The notes below the pieces were generated by a model. That model saw nothing but the letters and a program-made list of their open reading frames with translations. It made no database searches and was not told where the DNA came from. A DNA stretch of 63,896 nucleotides, filler included, from Octopus bimaculoides (lineage: Eukaryota): assembly GCF_001194135.2 (NCBI RefSeq). It is 5 parts of 5 records of this genome, joined end to end, with 100 filler letters (N's around TTAATTAATTAA, not from the genome) between each part and the next. Parts side by side here need not be neighbours in the genome. Positions count along the whole stretch, not along the records: positions 1 to 29,566 come from NC_068981.1; positions 29,667 to 53,666 come from NC_069008.1; 3 more parts are not named here. One strand, written 5' to 3'. This document shows positions 24,487 through 36,915 of the stretch, piece by piece. Each line of letters starts with the position of its first letter. Position 1 is the first letter of the stretch. Position numbers and translations under genes: made by a program.

Positions 24487-25942
24487 AAATCATCACCATC
24501 ATCACCATCATTTAATGTCCATGTTTTATACTGGAATGAGCTTGACAGTTTCACAGGATCCAATGGGTCTGATGACTACATTGTGTTCTAATGTCTGCTT
24601 AAGCATGGTTTCTATGGTTGGATGCCCTTCTGTCCTCAATGCCAACCACATCTTACATAGTCACACTCCTAACCATTTTACATTGGTCACACTCCTGAGA
24701 CACCAAATTATCTCCCTACAATCATAGATCCTTCCCTCTATACCTTCCCCCACCCACACTCATACAACTTACCCAACCACCTGACATCTCTCCCTCTTCT
24801 CCCTTCCTCTCTCATTCGTCCCCTGCCTATTTTAATATTATCATTACTTCTCCTGCTGCTCTTCACCTCCACCTTTTTCTGCACTACCAGCCATCTCATC
24901 TCCAGACCTTTCAACTCTACCCAATTTCTACAGTTGTCACCTACTTTTCCCTTCTACCTATTTTGTCTATCATTTATCAACGTTTTTTCTTCATTATATA
25001 CACCAGTGGTTCTCAACCAGGGTTCATATGATTCTTGGGTTGGGGTAGAGTTCATGTAAGATTTTGTAGTTAAAATTTATGTGCAATTAATTGGTTATAC
25101 TTCTATAAAACACAAAACATTTTAACAATTTTTTATAGAAGTGCAGGCATGGCTGTGTGGTAAGAAGCTTGCTTCCCAACCACAGGGTTCCGGGTTCAGT
25201 CCCACTGTGTGGTACCTTGAGCAAGTATCCTCTACTATAGCTTTGGGCCAACCAAAGCCTTTTGAGTGGATTTGGTAGATGGAAACTGAAAGAAGCCCGT
25301 CATTCATATATATATATTTATGTGTGTGTGTGTGTATATTTGTGTGTCTGTGTTTGTTCCACTTCCATCACTTGACAACCGATGTTGGTGTGTTGACATT
25401 CCCATAACTTAGTGGTTTGGCAAAAGTGATTGACAGAATAAGTACTAGACTTACAAAGAATAAGTCCTGAGGTTGATTTGTTTGACTAAAGGTGGTGCTC
25501 CACCATGACCACAGTCAAATGACTGAAATAAGTAAAAGAATAAAAGAATAATTCCTAGTAATCCTTTCTACTTATAGGCACAAGGCCTGAAATATTGGGA
25601 GAGGAGAAAGTCGGTCACATTGACCCCAGTACTTGACTGGCACTTTATTTAGCAACCCCAAGACAAAGTCAACCTCAGCAGCATTTGAACCCAGAACATA
25701 AAGACAGATGAAATACTGCTAAGCATTTTGCCTGGCATGCTAATGATTGTGCCAGCTCACCAATAATTTTTAATTATAAAAATATCTTTTTCTTTTATCA
25801 TGTTACAGTCATTAGACAGCAGCCATGCTGCAACACTGCCTTGAGGAATTTTGTTGAACTAATTGACCCCAGTACATGTTTTCTTTTTTAAGTCTGGTAC
25901 TTATTCTATTGGTCTCTGTTACCGAACTACTAAGTTACATAG

Positions 25943-26325
25943 TTGTTGTTGGTGGCACTCCGTCGCTTACGATGTCGAGGGTTCCAGTTGATCCGATCAA
26001 CGGAAAAGCCTGCTCGTGAAATTAACGTGCAAGTGGCTGAGCACTCCACAGACACGTGTACTCTTAATGTAGTTCTCGGGGGATATTCTGCATGACACAG
26101 AGTGTGACAAGGCTGACCCTTTGAAATACAGGTACAACAGAAGTAAGAGTGAGAGAAAGTTATGGTGAAAGAGTACAGCAGGGTTCGCCACCATCCCCTG
26201 CTGGAGTCTTGTAGAACTTTAGGTGTTTTCGCTCAATAAACACTCACAACGCTTGGTCTGGGAATCAAAACCGCGATCCTATGACCGCGAGTCCGCTGCC
26301 CTAACCACTGGGCCATTGCGCCTCC
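25943..26325 (-). mobile_element. Second tRNA-derived SINE family, full length, with 14-bp TSD
   Basis: tRNA-like head GGAGGCGCAATGGCCCAGTGGTTAGGGCAGCGGACTCGCGG...GGTTTTGATTCCC. ACTAAGTTACATAG is duplicated at 25929-25942 and 26326-26339. Confidence 0.88.
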
Positions 26326-27095
26326 ACTAAGTTACATAGCTGTAGAGATGATAAAACTGATTGTCAAGCAGTGGTGGGGGACAAACACAGACAAAAANNN
26401 NNNNNNNNNNNNNNNNNNNNNNNNNNNNNNNNNNNNNNNNNNNNNNNNNNNNNNNNNNNNNNNNNNNNNNNNNNNNNNNNNNNNNNNNNNNNNNNNNNNN
26501 NNNNNNNNNNNNNNNNNNNNNNNNNNNNNNNNNNNNNNNNNNNNNNNNNNNNNNNNNNNNNNNNNNNNNNNNNNNNNNNNNNNNNNNNNNNNNNNNNNNN
26601 NNNNNNNNNNNNNNNNNNNNNNNNNNNNNNNNNNNNNNNNNNNNNNNNNNNNNNNNNNNNNNNNNNNNNNNNNNNNNNNNNNNNNNNNNNNNNNNNNNNN
26701 NNNNNNNNNNNNNNNNNNNNNNNNNNNNNNNNNNNNNNNNNNNNNCCCTTTCTTTTACTGTCTCTCACTCTCCCATACATTCTTGCAACTCTATCTACCC
26801 AACACTTCTTGTTCTGTTCCCACTCATTAACACTCACCACCTATTTTGGTGGTGGTGATGTGGGTGGGCTGCATCCTGACAGCTCGGCATCTATCTTTTT
26901 TCTCTTCTCACCTCCACTGCAGCTACTCCCGCTCTGTGTAGCCGTGTAACTCTCCCCACCCCTGGTAAGAAGCATTTTTCGTTTGTGTACATCAGAGAGA
27001 AAGAAGGTGAGAGAGAGAGGGAGAGAGCAATCTGTTAAATACGTTAAGCTTCTTCAGTTTTATTAACTTCATTTCTATCTCGTTTTTTGTTTTAG

Positions 27096-27158
27096 ATCCC
27101 CTCATGATTGACACCTACATATTTCCATTTAAGGTTTTATTGCCCCCAAATATACCAG
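27096..27158 (+). CDS. Alpha-arrestin exon C: (D)PLMIDTYIFPFKVLLPPNIP
   Basis: TTTTGTTTTAG acceptor and CAG|GTATGT donor; 63 nt, phase 1/phase 1. Contains Y.FPF.V.LP..IP, matching the hallmark arrestin_N motif (H/Y).FPF.F.LP..LP that precedes SF.G..G.I.Y. Confidence 0.75.
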
Positions 27159-27307
27159 GTATGTAAAATACATGTTTGTCTGACTGCATGTACACAAATA
27201 CATATAAACACATAATAATGTGTATATATGAGCATGTGTATGTATATATGCATATACGTGTGTGTGTGTGTGCATGTGTGTGTGTGTGTGTGTGTGTGTG
27301 CATGTGC

Positions 27308-27342
<35 letters not shown>

Positions 27343-27449
27343 CAGTCTTTTGTTATATTTCTGCTGCTTTTAAATAAAGCATATTATTCTACCTCTGGTA
27401 TTTGAGTACTCTTTTTTCCACCTTGTTGCACATTTTATGTGCTTACTCC

Positions 27450-27503
<54 letters not shown>

Positions 27504-28511
27504 TATTCAGTAGCGAACTGGGTCTAAAAATATTGTTTGCCAGAAGACTAAGGGGGCCCACTCACAACTACAATGCTATCATTTAATATATTATTTATTA
27601 CATTGAGTTAAAATGATTCATGATGGATGGCCATCTTTACAAACAAGTGAGGGACTGGGCTAATTGAGGGAATTAATAATTAAAATGTGATGGGCTATTT
27701 GAAGACTAGACTTTCTAAATATAGATGAAGTAATTTTATATGACATTGGAGTGAGAGAGAGATACAGAGGTAGAGAGGGGCGCAATGAGCAGAGAAAAAA
27801 AAGACAAGAACACAGGTACTGGGAGATGTATATATATATAGGCATAAAGAGATATAAGAATGCTAGTAGATATTGGACTACAGATGAAACCATGTAATTG
27901 AAGGCAAATGAGAAAGTAAAAGAGTGATAAGAGAAGGAGGTAGATAGTACCTTACTTCTCAAGAAAGAAAGTGAATGGAAATAATTATGTATAAATTTGT
28001 TAGGAAAGTGACAGGACATATAAATTATGTGAATATTATTAATTATAATAATAGTAAGCTAACATCAGGAGTTCATGAATGTAGTTATGTTAAGGAATTA
28101 AGTAAATAAAAGAAGAATATCCTGTATTCCTAGAAATTGTAGAAAGCCAGGAATAATATTGGTGGATTGCTATGTTCTTATATAGTCAGAAAAATCAACA
28201 CACTAGACAGTCAGCAGTCTGAGAAATATAAGAGTGAGAAGAAGTTAAGTTAAAAAAGGAAGAAAAAGAGAGGAGGAAGGGAAGAAGAAATCGAGAGGTG
28301 TAAAGGAAGAAAGGTGTAGAAACGTGCCAGTGCCTATATAGTTAAGGAGTAGAACAAGTGAAGTAGTAAACTGTGGAAGATATTCTAGTAAATGAAAGTG
28401 CTGCAAATAACAGCTGCAGGCTGAAAAGAAAAGATTAAAAATGAAATAACTTTAAAACAGAATAATTAATCAGGTATATTGCAAGAATCTGCAGAGTGGT
28501 GGGGAAGAGAA

Positions 28512-28731
28512 CCCTTTAGCATTTAAACTGGCCGTATTTAGCCAATATATTCAACCTGCTTTATGTTCAAACTAGCCAGGTCTGACCTTTCATACCTACC
28601 CTACTATGTCGTTCTAAAAATAAACAATCACATCATCGAAATCTCAAAGCCACAAGATAATACACAATAAATGCAAAACAATGTGGATAAATTAACATTA
28701 CATTTGACAGAATAATCTGATTGCTAAAGGG
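28512..28731. mobile_element. piggyBac-like MITE followed by a partial tandem copy (to ~28915)
   Basis: TIRs CCCTTTAGCA / TGCTAAAGGG with TTAA on the right. The internal sequence repeats immediately downstream. Confidence 0.6.
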
Positions 28732-29244
28732 TTAAACTGGCTATATCTGACCCAAATATTCTAATGTTTTATGTTCAAACTGGCTGGATCTGATCTCTCA
28801 CACCAACCCTATGATGTCCTTCTAAAAATAATCAATCACATTATTGAAGTCTCAAAACTACAAGATAATGCATAATAAATTCAAAACAATATGAATTAAT
28901 AAGCATTATATTTCAGTGTTAAGGAATTAAAAAAATTAGGGTAAAAATAAATATGAAGGGAAACTATTGGCTGAGGTGACCACTGGCAAGGCTATGATAA
29001 TAGAGTATAAAGTAGGCAAAAATTAACATAAAACTACTGATGTAAGTTTAGACTAATAAAACTATTATAAATGTAAGCAAAACTAAAGGAGGAGAGTGAT
29101 GTAAAGAATGAAATAATAAATGAAAGAAAAGGGTAGTTAAATAAAATTTAAAATAAACTCAGAGTATGCAGAACAACATAAAGGTGTAAAGTCAAAGCAA
29201 AAGATATTGAATTGTTAAGCTAATGAAGGTATGAAGTATCAGAG

Positions 29245-29566
29245 TTGTTGGCACTCCGTCGCTTACGACGACGAGGGTTCCAGTTGATTCGATCAACGGA
29301 ACAGCCTGCTCGTGAAATTAACGTGCAAGTGGCTGAGCACTCCACAGACACGTGTACCCTTAACGTAGTTCTCGGGCATATTCAGCATGACAGTGTGACA
29401 AGGCTGACCCTTTGAATTACAGGCACAACAGAAACAGGAAGTAAGAGTGAGAGAAAGTTGTGGTGGAAGTGTACAGCAGGGTTCGCCACCATCCCCTGCC
29501 GGAGCCTCGTGGAGCTTTAGGTGTTTTCGCTCAAAAAACACTCACAACGCCCGGTCTGGGAATCGA
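29245..29566 (-). mobile_element. Second SINE family copy, cut by the assembly spacer
   Basis: Closely similar by eye to 25943-26290; ends at the N run. Confidence 0.88.
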
Positions 29567-29666
29567 NNNNNNNNNNNNNNNNNNNNNNNNNNNNNNNNNN
29601 NNNNNNNNNNTTAATTAATTAANNNNNNNNNNNNNNNNNNNNNNNNNNNNNNNNNNNNNNNNNNNN
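29567..29666. other. Artificial assembly spacer N44-TTAATTAATTAA-N44
   Basis: Exactly 44 N, a 12-mer with stops in all six frames, then 44 N. The same structure occurs four times. Confidence 0.95.
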
Positions 29667-30266
29667 GTGCAACCTGATCACCTCTGCAGGTCAAACTCCC
29701 AACCCATGCATTCCTGTTGCGACACTGATTGTGCAGAACTAGGTTGGGTGTGAAAACCAACTTTAAAGTATAAATATAGATTTTTTTTGAATCAGCAATG
29801 TTGTGTTCGGTCAAGTCCTATTTGGGGAGAAAAATCAATAAACTGATTCTTTATGGGGTTTTCCATTCAATCAGGGTGAAAAATCGATAAACCGATTCCT
29901 TACAGGATTTCCCACTAAAATTGGCTACACCCCATTTTCAACCATAACTTTTACCAATTTTAATGTATTTTGTTCAAACTTGATGCTGGCATTACTTAGG
30001 ACTCATGGAATCTTTGAATGCTTTAAGTTCTCCTTCTCCCCACTCCCCCAAAAAAACAATCGATGAGTGGAAAAATCGATAAACCAATTCCTTATGGGAT
30101 TTCTCAATCAAATTATCTGCAACCAATTTTCAGCCAAATGTTTACCAATTTCAATGGATTTCGCTCAAATTTGACGTTGGTGTTACTTAGTTTGGTTTGA
30201 AACAAAGTAATTGATTAGCTTAATAATCCTAACTTAATCCCAGACAACGCCAGGCTATACTGCTAG
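29667..30266 (+). mobile_element. Non-autonomous Helitron-like element with internal AAAATCGATAAACCGATTCCTTA sub-repeats
   Basis: Three sub-repeats (~29830, ~29880, ~30071). Ends CCCAGACAACGCCAGG (degenerate hairpin), spacer, CTAG|T. Confidence 0.55.
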
Positions 30267-30549
30267 TTATTTAATATATCCTTCAATCTAATACCTAACA
30301 CGTCCTATATTTTATTGAGATATTATTCAATGAGCCAGACCAGGTATGAAAGACTTTAGCAGAATATTAGAAAAGAACAACACTGCTTGGATGACAGTAA
30401 CACTCAAATACAACTATCACTTTATGTTAAGACAAAGAACCAGAAACATACATAAGCTCACATACACACGACAAGTTTCTGACAGTTTCCATCTACCAAA
30501 TCCTCTTGCAAGGCTTTTACTGGTTTGGAGGCTATAGTTGAATTCATTT

Positions 30550-31760
30550 GCCTGAGATGCCATGCAGTGGGACAGAACCTGAAAGCATGTAGCTGGTTAT
30601 GCAACACTGGCAATGGCCGCATTACCTCTGTGAGGCCCAACACTTGACAAGTGCTTTTTATGTGCCACCGGCATAGGTGCCAATTATGTGATACTGGCAT
30701 CGGCCATGACAACGACTTCACTTAGCTTGATGGGTCTTCTCAAGCACAGCATATCGCCAAAGGTTTCTGTCACTAGTCATTGCCTCTGTGAGGCCCAACA
30801 TTCGAAGATCATTCTTCAACACCTCATCTCATGTCTTCCTGGGGCTACCTCTTCCACAGGTTCCTTTCACAGTTAGAGATCAGCACTTCTTTACGCAGCT
30901 GTTCTTGTCGATGTGCATCACATGACTATATCAGCGCAGTTGTCTCTCTTGTACACCATATCTGATGCCTCTTATGCCCAACTTTTCTCTCAAGATACTT
31001 ACACTGATAGTGCACATCCATCAAAGCACACTAGCTTCATTTCTTTCAAGTTTACGCATGTCCTCAGTAGCCACAACCCATGTTTCACTACCATGTAGCA
31101 CAGCTGTTCACACACTTGCATCATACATTCTGCTTTTCACTCTGAGGGAGAGGCCATTTGTCGCCAATTGAGGTAGGAGCTCTCTGAACTTTGCCCGGCC
31201 TATTCTTGTTCTCGCAGTTACGCTCTTGGTGCACCCACCTCCACTACTAACTTGATCACCTAGATAATGGAAGCTATGAACTACCTCTAGTTTACCACCT
31301 TGGCATTTGATAGAGTCGATTTTTTGTACATTTTTAGTGTTTATTGTACCTGTGTGTCTTCCACACACAAAAGCTATTTTCCCTGTTAGCCTTCCTCTGA
31401 TATTGCTGCACCTCTTATGTGTCCATAGCTCACACCAGGTGCACCCATGCCATTGCTACATATCAAGCAGGGCCATCTACCTGAGAGGATTTGTGATTTG
31501 TCTGCTTTCCTACTTACTAAGACTTTGGTTTTTCGTAGGTTAACTCTAAGGCATTCTGATTCTAGACTTTGCTTCCACATCTGAAACTTCTCCATTTTTT
31601 GTAGTGATTCCATATATATATACATACACACACAGACAGACAGACAGAGAGACAGACAGACAGACACACACACACATATATATATATATACACATACATA
31701 ATACAAACATAGATATACAATGGGCTTCTTCAAGTTCCATCTACCAAATCCATTCACAAG
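30550..31760 (-). mobile_element. RTE-like LINE 3' portion (PHD finger, thumb, C-terminus, 3' UTR)
   Basis: LRVNLRKTKV, SGRWPCLIC, EVVHSFHYLGDQV and AKFRELLP. Confidence 0.88.
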
Positions 31761-32081
31761 ACTTTGGTTGGCTCAAGGCTAGTAGAAAACACTCGCCCAA
31801 GATGCCCGGTTGCATGCTGTGGGATTGAATCCAGGACCATGTGGTTGGGAAGCAAACTTCTTACCACACAGCTTGACAAGTGTTTTTGGTTTGTTTACAT
31901 GTTTATGGTTTGGCAAAAAGAGACCAACAGTGTAAGCACCAGGTTAAAAATAAAGGTACCAGGGTTTTATCTGAGAGAAGAAGCCAGAGGATGGTAGAGA
32001 AGATTGAAGCAGCAGACAGAAGAACTACAGAAAAAAAGAGAAAACAAAAAACTTCAAACAAACAAATAAACAAAACTCTAC

Positions 32082-32286
32082 CTGGAAATCTTGCTATATC
32101 AATTTTACGTGTAAACATATACTGCAATGTTTGTACTTGACTGCTGTAGGCACCATTTAAATCATGAGAGAAAGGACAAAATACATGTCTCTCAGTGCAG
32201 GTTACAGAGGTGAGTGTATTTGTTTTCTTGCTGAAGGACTGCTTGCACATGTAGCTGATCTTCGTTAAGGAAGGCTGTGTATCTAC
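32082..32286 (-). CDS. Apolipophorin/apoB-like LLTP exon: VDTQPSLTKISYMCKQ...VTCTERHVFCPFSHDLNGAYSSQVQTLQY...RFP
   Basis: TTTCAG acceptor and CCAG|GTAGAG donor; 205 nt, phase 0 to phase 1. C.Q...C.E.H.F.PFS....GA...V.Q.L motif of apoB/apoLp. Confidence 0.88.
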
Positions 32287-33169
32287 CTGAAATGATAGAA
32301 GAATTCAAAACTAATGTCTGTTCATTGTGTGAAAGTTGTAAGTAACAATGGATGCAAACATAGTTGAATGGTTAAAAAATTTACTTTGCGATCATTGAAT
32401 TTCAAGTTCAATTCCCAACAGCATGGCATCTTGGGCAAAGTGTCTTTTTTTACAAATAGACTCAGGTCATCTCAAATCTTGTGAGTGTAACTGGATAGAT
32501 GAAAACTGTGTAGAAGCCCAATGAATGGACTTTACCAGTAATTCACAGGTTCAGTGTTGCCACATATTGAGTCATGGGGATTCAAACTAAAGATGGACAC
32601 AATCTAATAACTGAAAGAAGTAAAAAAAATAAAATAAAATAAAATAAGTCTGCTCAATTCAGCCAGAGATGACCTAGGGCTAGATAGCAATAACAAGCAT
32701 GGAGGGTCATAGGGGGAATAGCTATGATCATAAGTCTGCTGAAACAGTACTGGTCTAGGGCTGAACAACTGCAATAGTACAACTACTCATCCATATATAA
32801 TGAGAAGGGGCAGATGGCATGTATCTCTTCTTTAACAAGACTTGTCCCTGTGTCACACTTTTGCCTCTCAGGATCTGATACTCCCCCAATGAGTATTAAG
32901 GAGTATTAAGGGGTGGCGTTCTTTTTTTTCCATTCATTTTCTGGTGCCCTCACAAGTACTGGTGACTGGAAAAAAATTATTCAGCCTTGAAGAATTTTTA
33001 GTTGAATGAACTGACCCCAGTACTTTTATTTTAAGCCTGGTATTTATTCTATTGGTCTCTTTTGCCAAACCGTTGAATTACAGGGATGTAAACAAACCAA
33101 CACTGGTTGTCAAGTGGTGGTGGGGGACAAACACAGACACAGAGACACACACAGATAGACATATATATG

Positions 33170-33430
33170 AGACTGCATGGCTTAGTGGTTAGGGTGTTGC
33201 ACTCACGATTGTGAGACCATGATTTCAATTCCTAGATTGTGAGGTGCATTATTTCTTGAGCAAAACACTTTATCTCACATTGCTCTGTTATCTCTTCGAC
33301 ACCTGATTCATGGTACACTGTGCACCTGTTCAGACAACGTTGATTTTATAGAGAGTGAGTGAAATAATGTACAACACATACATTTGATCACTATAAACAA
33401 ATCATTTGTGCAGGTTGTTCGGCAAAAAAG
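33170..33430 (+). mobile_element. Additional tRNA-derived SINE family copy
   Basis: Head GCATGGCTTAGTGGTTAGGGTGTTGCACTCACG...TTTCAATTCC followed by TTCTTGAGCAAAACACTT. Confidence 0.6.
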
Positions 33431-34408
33431 CTTAACATCATATATTTATACACATATATAAACATCACTAGGGGAACTAAGGGTACTGATCAGCACCAGT
33501 ATTGCTAGAAAAAAGAGTCAGAACAACTCTTAGTCAAGAGAAGCACTTATCTAATGACTGACAAGGGAGACTAGCCATATCATTGATGATTTCAGATCTG
33601 ATTAATCCTCATCAGTGACTCTCACCTGGTTGCTGAGGGTTAAAGCTAACTCACCATGTCAGTTTTTAGAAAACAGCATAGGAATCAGAGGCTGATTCCA
33701 TAAATGCTAAAAGGGAAAATTATAAATTATTAGGGCGCTTTTTCAAATTGTGAAAAGTCACCCTAATAATTTATATACACGACAAGCTTCTTTCAGTTTC
33801 AGTTTGCTAAATCCACTCACAAGGCTTTTGTTGGCCCAAAGCTATAGTAGAAGACACTTACCCAAGGTGCCATGCAGTGGAACTGAACCCAGAACCATAT
33901 GGTTGGGAAGCAAGCTTCTTGCCACACAGCCACTCCTTTTGTCTTTTAAATTCACTTGCAAGCTTATGGTTGACCCTGGAATGTAGAAAAAGACACTTGC
34001 CTTCCAAGTAAGGCAATATTTTCCCATGCTCAGATATGTTCTCACAGAATATTCAAAATGAAAGACACTTGTTCATATGACAGTGACAACCAGTTCACCA
34101 TAATCATGTGATGTCAAGACAAGGAAACACAAACATGAGATGTAATTTGAGAAAGATTTGTCTGCTATTTCTAGCACATTGAGTGCCTTCATAGAGGTTT
34201 CCTCTTAGTTTATGTATATCTGTATATTCATGTGTTATTAGTAGAATGAACAAACATGAAAGAAAGAAGAGAAGAAAAAATGAAAGAATAGAAGGGAAAA
34301 TGAAAGAAAAGAAGCAAGAGGAAATGAAAGAAAGAAATGGAAGAAAAAAGAAGGCATGAAAGAGAGAAGAAAGACACTGAGAAGAAACCAGGACAGAGTA
34401 TTACTTAC

Positions 34409-34564
34409 TGTATCATCACCATAGTTGACTGAGTGGACAGTGTTTATGTAATGTTGACGTCCCTCACAACTGTCCAGGTCTTTCTTCTTAGTAACTAAAT
34501 AGGACAAACTGTTGCTAAAGGGATCCACTTCATAGTGGGTGAGGCACTTGCCTAAGACATCTGT
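34409..34564 (-). CDS. Apolipophorin/apoB-like LLTP exon: TDVLGKCLTHYEV...KKKDLDSCEGRQ...GDDT
   Basis: TTTTTTCAG acceptor and ACA|GTAAGT donor; 156 nt, phase 0/0. Splicing creates E|TDV.G.C.T.Y and K.KDL..C..R, characteristic of apoB/apolipophorin. Confidence 0.9.
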
Positions 34565-34649
34565 CTGAAAAAAGAGAGAGAAAGAAAGAGACAAAGAGGA
34601 GTCAGTGACAGAATATATAGTGAAGAGGTGGTGGAGGGATTACATCTCA

Positions 34650-34740
34650 TGCAAGAAGTTATCTATCAAACTGGAAGTTACCTAGCAAACAGGAAGTCAC
34701 CTATGAAACAGGAAGTTACCTATCAAACAGGAAGTTATGT
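34650..34740. repeat. 19-bp minisatellite (CAAACAGGAAGTTACCTAT), ~4.5 units
   Basis: Direct reading of degenerate tandem units. Confidence 0.8.
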
Positions 34741-34906
34741 CACAAACAGCCTCTCAGTAACCAAAGAAATGGAGGACACACTGTGTGGAGTCAACTTGAC
34801 CCATTGTCACAACCTGTAAGTAGTTTGGGGTGAGGTATCATCTTTGGCTGGTGTCCAGAGAATTGAAGAAAAGGTCCATGAATATCTGACACACACCTTT
34901 CTTTAA

Positions 34907-35110
34907 CCCTTTCAATACCAACCTGGCTTAAACCGGGTTTTCATATTTTCAATAGTTCTGAATTAAAATCTTCCACGAAACCTGAGTCACAATTTATGTT
35001 CCTAACACTAGCTTAATGATAACTAAGTTATTTTATTAAACTCTTTGTTATATTTAAAATTAATTAAAAGAAACACAGAGTATCTCAACAGAAATATTGT
35101 AACAAAAGGG
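34907..35110. mobile_element. piggyBac-like MITE
   Basis: TTAA|CCCTTT ... AAAGGG|TTAA. Confidence 0.65.
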
Positions 35111-35829
35111 TTAAAAGGCAGGACTAACTAGGAGACACTACTGTGAGCAAAGAGACCAACATTGAAGATAGGGTAACTAAGGTGCTGCTGAGAGGTGGGG
35201 GATATCTTGTGTGCACATCCAAATTATATCATGTCTAATACAGGCTTATGCTTGGTGACAAGAAACCAAAAGAAGAGTTGCACTTTGGGAACATGGTGAA
35301 ATAGTGCAAGCTACTCCAGAACAACTGGCAAAAGATCACATTGGCTGGTGCTCATCCTCAGCCAATAAGAGTGAAAATTATACAAGCATACTGACTACAA
35401 GAAGCAGACAAACTGCCAAAAAACCTACAGGTGTCAACCATCATGACAATCAGAAAAATGCAGTGAAAAGATTTTCATGGCTAAATATTTAAGAAGTTTG
35501 ATGATTGTGTGGCATCTCTGACAAATGTCTTCTATAATAACCTTGGACCAATTATTATTTTATGAATGGAAATTGCAGACAGAAACTATGCTGAAGCATA
35601 TACAGATGTATGTATCCATGTTTTCTGTTTTGCTTTTTAATTTAGAGTTAATTTTGACCAGCCACCTGCTTAGTAGCAAGGTAATGAAAGAAAGCATCTT
35701 GTTTTGTTCATCATTCTTAAGAAGGTTTTATGGATTTTTATTGTCTAAGATATTATGATCATTTGTAGTGTATAAATGAAGGATCAATGTTCTCTCCCCA
35801 TAACTTAAGTTCAACCATACTTTGCTCTC

Positions 35830-36915
35830 ATCATCATCATCGTTTAACGTCCGCTTTCCATGCTAGCATGGGTTGGACGATTTGACTGAGGACTGGTGAA
35901 ACCGGATGGCAACACCAGGCTCCAATCTAATTTGGCAGAGTTTCTACAGCTGGATGCCCTTCCTAACGCCAACCACTCAGAGAGTGTAGTGGGTGCTTTT
36001 ACGTGTCACCCGCACGAAAACGGCCACGCTCGAAATGGTGTCTTTTATGTGCCACCTGCACAAGAACCAGTCCAGGGGCACTGNNNNNNNNNNNNNNNNN
36101 NNNNNNNNNNNNNNNNNNNNNNNNNNNNNNNNNNNNNNNNNNNNNNNNNNNNNNNNNNNNNNNNNNNNNNNNNNNNNNNNNNNNNNNNNNNNNNNNNNNN
36201 NNNNNNNNNNNNNNNNNNNNNNNNNNNNNNNNNNNNNNNNNNNNNNNNNNNNNNNNNNNNNNNNNNNNNNNNNNNNNNNNNNNNNNNNNNNNNNNNNNNN
36301 NNNNNNNNNNNNNNNNNNNNNNNNNNNNNNNNNNNNNNNNNNNNNNNNNNNNNNNNNNNNNNNNNNNNNNNNNNNNNNNNNNNNNNNNNNNNNNNNNNNN
36401 NNNNNNNNNNNNNNNNNNNNNNNNNNNNNNNNNNNNNNNNNNNNNNNNNNNNNNNNNNNNNNNNNNNNNNNNNNNNNNNNNNNNNNNNNNNNNNNNNNNN
36501 NNNNNNNNNNNNNNNNNNNNNNNNNNNNNNNNNNNNNNNNNNNNNNNNNNNNNNNNNNNNNNNNNNNNNNNNNNNNNNNCATTACACATCCAGCGGAGCA
36601 TACTGGCTTCATTCCTTGCGAGCTTATGCATGTCCTCAGCAGTCACAGCCCATGTTTCACTGCCATGTAGCATGGCTGTTCGTACACATGTGTCATACAG
36701 TCTGCCTTTTACTCTGAGTGAGAGTCCCTTTGTCGCCAGCAGAGGTAAGGGCTCTCTAAACTTGGCCCAGGCTATTCTTATTCTAGCAGTTACACTTTCA
36801 GCGCACCCACCCCCACTACTAATTTGGTCACCCAGATAGCGGAAGCTATCAACTACCTCTAGTTTTTCTCCCTGGAATGAGATAGAAGTTGTTTCCTGTT
36901 TGTTTACAGTGGCTA
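35830..36915 (-). mobile_element. 5'-truncated RTE-like LINE (thumb to 3' UTR), gap inside
   Basis: EKLEVVDSFRYLGDQISSGGGC...AMLHGSETW and the (ATG)n tail at ~35830. Confidence 0.9.

Noticed and set aside
26270-26325. tRNA gene-like sequences (also ~33170 and ~51898)
   Set aside because: Only A/B-box heads continuing into SINE bodies; no complete cloverleaf or acceptor stem.
29611-29622. TTAATTAATTAA as a conserved biological motif or repeat
   Set aside because: It is always centred in exactly 44+44 Ns and encodes stops in six frames, so it is an assembly linker.
33575-33620. Minus-strand CUGAUGA-GGAU..AUCU-GAAAU motif
   Set aside because: No properly placed NUH or stem I; too degenerate to call.
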